Source: Nitrosospira multiformis ATCC 25196 (GTDB lineage Bacteria > Pseudomonadota > Gammaproteobacteria > Burkholderiales > Nitrosomonadaceae). Taken from it: 18,871 nucleotides of DNA. Made by a program: the position numbers and the translations under genes. The DNA is taken from the NCBI RefSeq assembly GCF_000196355.1, contig NC_007615.1:1-18871 (forward strand), read 5' to 3'. This document shows positions 15,807-18,871 of the stretch, piece by piece (position 1 is the first letter of the stretch; every line of letters starts with the position of its first letter). The notes beneath the pieces were generated by a model. It was given only the letters and a program-made list of their open reading frames with translations, was not told where the DNA came from and did not search any database.

Positions 15807-16472
15807 TCATGCCTTGACTTTCCTGCGGCGCAGAGCCCACGCTCCCGCCCCTCCCAAACAGAGCAAGGCGAGGCTTGAAGGCTCAGGTAGCGGGTTGGGC
15901 GGTGGCGTGGTCGAACCTGGTGCGAAGGTCAGGTTATCCAGTGTGAATTGCGTGCAGTTCACTGTGCCGCACTGGAACGGGTCCGTTGTGGAGCCAGTTG
16001 CAGCCGCGAAGAAATTCAGTTCGTTGATGCCGGTGAAGCCAAAGTTTACAAACAGGGGAGCAGCCGTATCGAGGGTCAGGGTTGTTGTGAACAGCAAAGT
16101 TCCATTCAGCCTGCCCTGCACCGTGAGGCTCAGATCATCGTAATAGCCGGAACCCAGATAAGCGCTAACAAAGTCGAAGGGATCGTCGGCTTCTATTTTG
16201 CCGATAACGGGAGTAACGATCGGGCCGAACGACTCACCCCCGCTATAGGCGGCATTATCGGGGGAGACAATGCCGTTATTGAATCCGGGAAAGCCGGGAA
16301 TGCTCGTATAGGCCGAGAAATTAGTCCAGGTGAAACCCTGATAAGGGCTCAGGGTATCCAGAACCAGATCGCCGCCTGAAGCGTCAAGATCATCGAAATT
16401 GACGATGGCGGCAGAAGCAAGGGAAATCTGGGAAAGCAGGAGGGTGGCAGTAAAAGCGATTTTGGAAAACAT
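15807..16472 (-). CDS. Secreted PEP-CTERM sorting-domain protein
   Basis: 221 aa; signal peptide and C-terminal PLPEPSSLALLCLGGAGAWALRRRKVKA (PEP, hydrophobic helix, Arg cluster); strong GGAGG RBS at about 16480. Confidence 0.92.
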   Translation of the reverse strand: MFSKIAFTATLLLSQISLASAAIVNFDDLDASGGDLVLDTLSPYQGFTWTNFSAYTSIPGFPGFNNGIVSPDNAAYSGGESFGPIVTPVIGKIEADDPFDFVSAYLGSGYYDDLSLTVQGRLNGTLLFTTTLTLDTAAPLFVNFGFTGINELNFFAAATGSTTDPFQCGTVNCTQFTLDNLTFAPGSTTPPPNPLPEPSSLALLCLGGAGAWALRRRKVKA

Positions 16473-16657
16473 TATTATTCTCCTCCAAACTCTTATTCTA
16501 GAGTTTGAGTATACGCCTGTTTCAGCTTCTCCTTGTCGAATTTTTTATTAACTGATTGGGTCAATAGTGACGCAATTTTGTTTCTTAAAAAAGCGTAAGA
16601 ATCTATAAGGTTTTTCTCATTCTAGCTAATGCAATTTTTCAACATTCCATATTGAGT

Positions 16658-16686
16658 TTGACATTAGATAGCTATCTAAATATTAT
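16658..16686 (+). promoter_or_regulatory. par operon promoter with palindromic operator in the spacer
   Basis: TTGACA (16658-16663), 17-nt spacer containing perfect 16-bp palindrome TTAGATAGCTATCTAA (16664-16679), TATTAT (16681-16686). Confidence 0.75.
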
Positions 16687-16687
16687 A

Positions 16688-16742
16688 AATAGCTAGATAG
16701 CTATTAAGAAACATTTATGCTGTGGATAGCTATCTAGCTATT
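16688..16742. repeat. 17-bp perfect inverted repeat in par leader (candidate operator/centromere-like site)
   Basis: AATAGCTAGATAGCTAT (16688-16704) and ATAGCTATCTAGCTATT (16726-16742), 21-nt spacer. Confidence 0.8.
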
Positions 16743-16774
16743 TAGATATCCAAACAGTTATAAGGAACTTTATC

Positions 16775-17470
16775 ATGCCAACCATAGTTTTTGCTTCCAG
16801 TAAGGGCGGGGCGGGAAAAACCACTGCCGCAATCATTCTGGCATCCGAATTTGCAAGACAGGGGGCAGCAGTCACGCTTATTGATGCCGACCCCAACCAG
16901 CACAGCGCGAAATGGGCATTAAAACTGGGCTGCCCTGCGAATATCTCTCTTGTGGAGAATACAAACGAAGAAAGCATTATTGAAGACATCGAGGAGGCCG
17001 AGGCAAAAACCGCTTTTGTCCTGGTTGACCTGGAAGGAACGGCAAGCATGGCGGTAGCAAGCGCCATAAGCCGCGCTGATCTGGTTATTACCCTGTGTCA
17101 GGGTTCACAGGATGATGCCGATGAAGCAGCAAAAACCATCAAGCTTATCAAGCGGCAATCTAAACTCCTGCAACGCCCCATCAATTTTTCTGTTCTGATG
17201 ACCCGTACCAATCCGGCCATTACCCCGCGAACGCTACGCCATATCATGGGCGAGTTTGAAGCGGCGGGAGTGCATATTTTTACAACCAGCCTCATTGACC
17301 GTGAAGCCTTTCGCGCTATGCGCTCTTTCGGCGGCACCGTAAATGATTTGAATCCGAAAGAGGTTTCCGGCATTGAGAAGGCAGCTCAGAATGTCCGCGA
17401 GCTGGCTAAGGAGGTTATAGCCAGGCTGAAAGAAGGGCAGAAGCAGGAAAGGATTAGCGCACATGGGTAA
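16775..17470 (+). CDS. parA: ParA-family partition ATPase
   Basis: 231 aa; deviant Walker A KGGAGKTTAA; LIDADPNQHSAKWAL; FVLVDLEGTAS. Confidence 0.93.
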   Translation: MPTIVFASSKGGAGKTTAAIILASEFARQGAAVTLIDADPNQHSAKWALKLGCPANISLVENTNEESIIEDIEEAEAKTAFVLVDLEGTASMAVASAISRADLVITLCQGSQDDADEAAKTIKLIKRQSKLLQRPINFSVLMTRTNPAITPRTLRHIMGEFEAAGVHIFTTSLIDREAFRAMRSFGGTVNDLNPKEVSGIEKAAQNVRELAKEVIARLKEGQKQERISAHG

Positions 17471-17816
17471 GGAACGCGCGGGCCTGGACTTGGGCGAGGA
17501 TCTCGATTTAACCGTCTTCACCCCAAAAACACACACGCGGCACGATAGCGAGGAAGAAAAATACGCCATCAAGCAGTCGGCGGAGCAAAGCGGGTTTATC
17601 AGCCGCGAACCCCGAATCCGCCGCCGCAAACCAGTAAGCCCCTACAAAATCCAGTTGAATCTGAAAGTCCGTGATGGGATAAAGGAGCTTTTTCAGGATT
17701 TGGGTGAACGTTTGCATGTTCACGATAAAACAGTTTTTGAAAGAGCCTTGCTTGCCCTACTTGAAAAGGAAGGGCAAAGCGATTTGTTACAGCGCTATAG
17801 AGAAATTGTGAAGTGA
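17463..17816 (+). CDS. Small ParB/ParG-type partition partner
   Basis: 117 aa, overlaps parA by 8 nt; C-terminal YKIQLNLKVRDGIKELFQDLGERLHVHDKTVFERALLALL resembles RHH-like partition proteins. Confidence 0.6.
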   Translation: MGKERAGLDLGEDLDLTVFTPKTHTRHDSEEEKYAIKQSAEQSGFISREPRIRRRKPVSPYKIQLNLKVRDGIKELFQDLGERLHVHDKTVFERALLALLEKEGQSDLLQRYREIVK

Positions 17817-17829
17817 AAGGATAAAGGAA

Positions 17830-18870
17830 ATGCCAAAAAAGAAAACGCTCGTAGCAGTACCCTCAGCAGTACCCCCTCGCGCGCCTATAAAAAGCCTTCA
17901 ATATGACCTGTTCTCGCTGTTTGTCACTAATGAACCCAATTCAGTATCAAATACGATTGAACTATGGGACTGCATCCCAAAATATTTTTTCACCCCCAAG
18001 CAGGTAGAAAAACTGCGGACAGCAGACGGGCTGGCAAAGCCTTACAAATGGGAATATTCCTATAACGGCCTGCCATGCGCGGTAAAAATACAGCCAGCCC
18101 TGATAGAAGAAGAGGACGGAAATTTTAAAGCGTATTTTCCAAGCGTGACTGAGGAGCTTGTAGAAGAAGCCCTGAAAAAGATTTTTACCGACAAGCATTA
18201 CGGTACTCACGATCCGCAAAATTCTGAAAGCTGGGTCAAATTTTCATTAAGCATGCTTTACCGCGAACTCATGACCAGGGGCCGAAGCCGCAGCTATAAG
18301 GAGATTAAACGCGCCATCGAGGTCATGAATAAATGCAACATAGCCTTTTACAAGGATGGAAAAGAGCTTTGGAGTGGCGCCATACTTCAGGACCTGGTGA
18401 CAGTAGACCGCAAGGAGTATATCGCCGATACCGACTCCCACCATATAGCGCGATTGCCACTGTTTATATCCCACGCCATTAACCAGCTCGAATACCGCCA
18501 GTTCAACTATAACCGCCTGATGAGCTGCAACGAGCAGTTGGCGCGTTGGATTTACAAACGGTTAATTAACCGCTTCCGCCAAGCCAGTTTCATAAATGAA
18601 TACCATTTCATGTATTCCGATATTGAGCAATCGAGCGGCTTACTACAGCAAGGCCGAGAAACCGACAATCGAAAAAAAGTTATATCTTCTCTGGAAGAGT
18701 TACAAAAATGCGGGATTCTGATGAGATATGAAACCGATGAACGAAAAGAAGGCCGCAAAGTTATCGATATTAAATATACGCTCTACGCCGGTTCAGATTT
18801 TATCGGGGAACAAAAAGCAGCTAATAAACGGGCAAGCGATGCAGAGCTGAGTATGCCTGTGGATAAGTAG
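17830..18870 (+). CDS. repA: Plasmid replication initiator protein (RepA-like)
   Basis: 346 aa; YDLFSLFVTNEPNSVSNTIELWDCIPKYFF...; WARWIYKRL-type winged-helix pattern (NEQLARWIYKRLINRFRQA); downstream of parAB-like genes and next to the iterons if circular. Confidence 0.85.
   Translation: MPKKKTLVAVPSAVPPRAPIKSLQYDLFSLFVTNEPNSVSNTIELWDCIPKYFFTPKQVEKLRTADGLAKPYKWEYSYNGLPCAVKIQPALIEEEDGNFKAYFPSVTEELVEEALKKIFTDKHYGTHDPQNSESWVKFSLSMLYRELMTRGRSRSYKEIKRAIEVMNKCNIAFYKDGKELWSGAILQDLVTVDRKEYIADTDSHHIARLPLFISHAINQLEYRQFNYNRLMSCNEQLARWIYKRLINRFRQASFINEYHFMYSDIEQSSGLLQQGRETDNRKKVISSLEELQKCGILMRYETDERKEGRKVIDIKYTLYAGSDFIGEQKAANKRASDAELSMPVDK
18858..18866 (-). promoter_or_regulatory. Perfect DnaA box at the 3' end of rep
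   Basis: TGTGGATAA (reverse complement TTATCCACA), encoding part of the Rep C-terminus ...PVDK*. Confidence 0.6.
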
Positions 18871-18871
18871 C

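Noticed and set aside
15807-16379. Plus-strand ORFs opposite the PEP-CTERM gene
   Set aside because: The PEP-CTERM ORF has a signal peptide, sorting motif and strong RBS; the antisense ORFs have none.
16561-16570. TCAATAGTGA as a second recombinase site matching TTATCAATAGTAG
   Set aside because: Only an 8-nt shared core (TCAATAGT), not palindromic; consistent with chance.

Overview
The window looks like a complete, or nearly complete, small mobilizable plasmid. The rep gene ends at the last bases. The first ~400 bp carry seven 19-bp iterons and three perfect DnaA boxes, and a fourth DnaA box lies in the 3' end of rep. This arrangement suggests a circular replicon opened at the origin. Backbone genes: a MobC-like protein and a relaxase with a candidate oriT hairpin upstream; a VirD4/TraD-like coupling ATPase with no transmembrane domain, followed by an overlapping 4-TM protein; a ParA ATPase with a strong promoter/operator; a small ParB/ParG-type partner; and a replication initiator. 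Accessory genes: a Phd/ParE-like toxin-antitoxin pair, a HigB/HigA-like pair, an orphan XRE regulator, a decayed phd 3' fragment, a stand-alone candidate PD-(D/E)XK nuclease, and a tyrosine recombinase. The recombinase gene is immediately preceded by a perfect 20-bp inverted repeat with a 6-nt centre, which resembles a Xer/dif core site. The main cargo is a 1599-aa Sec-exported polymorphic toxin (signal peptide, helical/TPR-like region, C39-like cysteine peptidase, RHS/YD repeats, short Cys/His-rich tip), a low-GC overlapping candidate immunity gene and a PEP-CTERM protein gene. All family calls come from reading motifs; no database searches were run.
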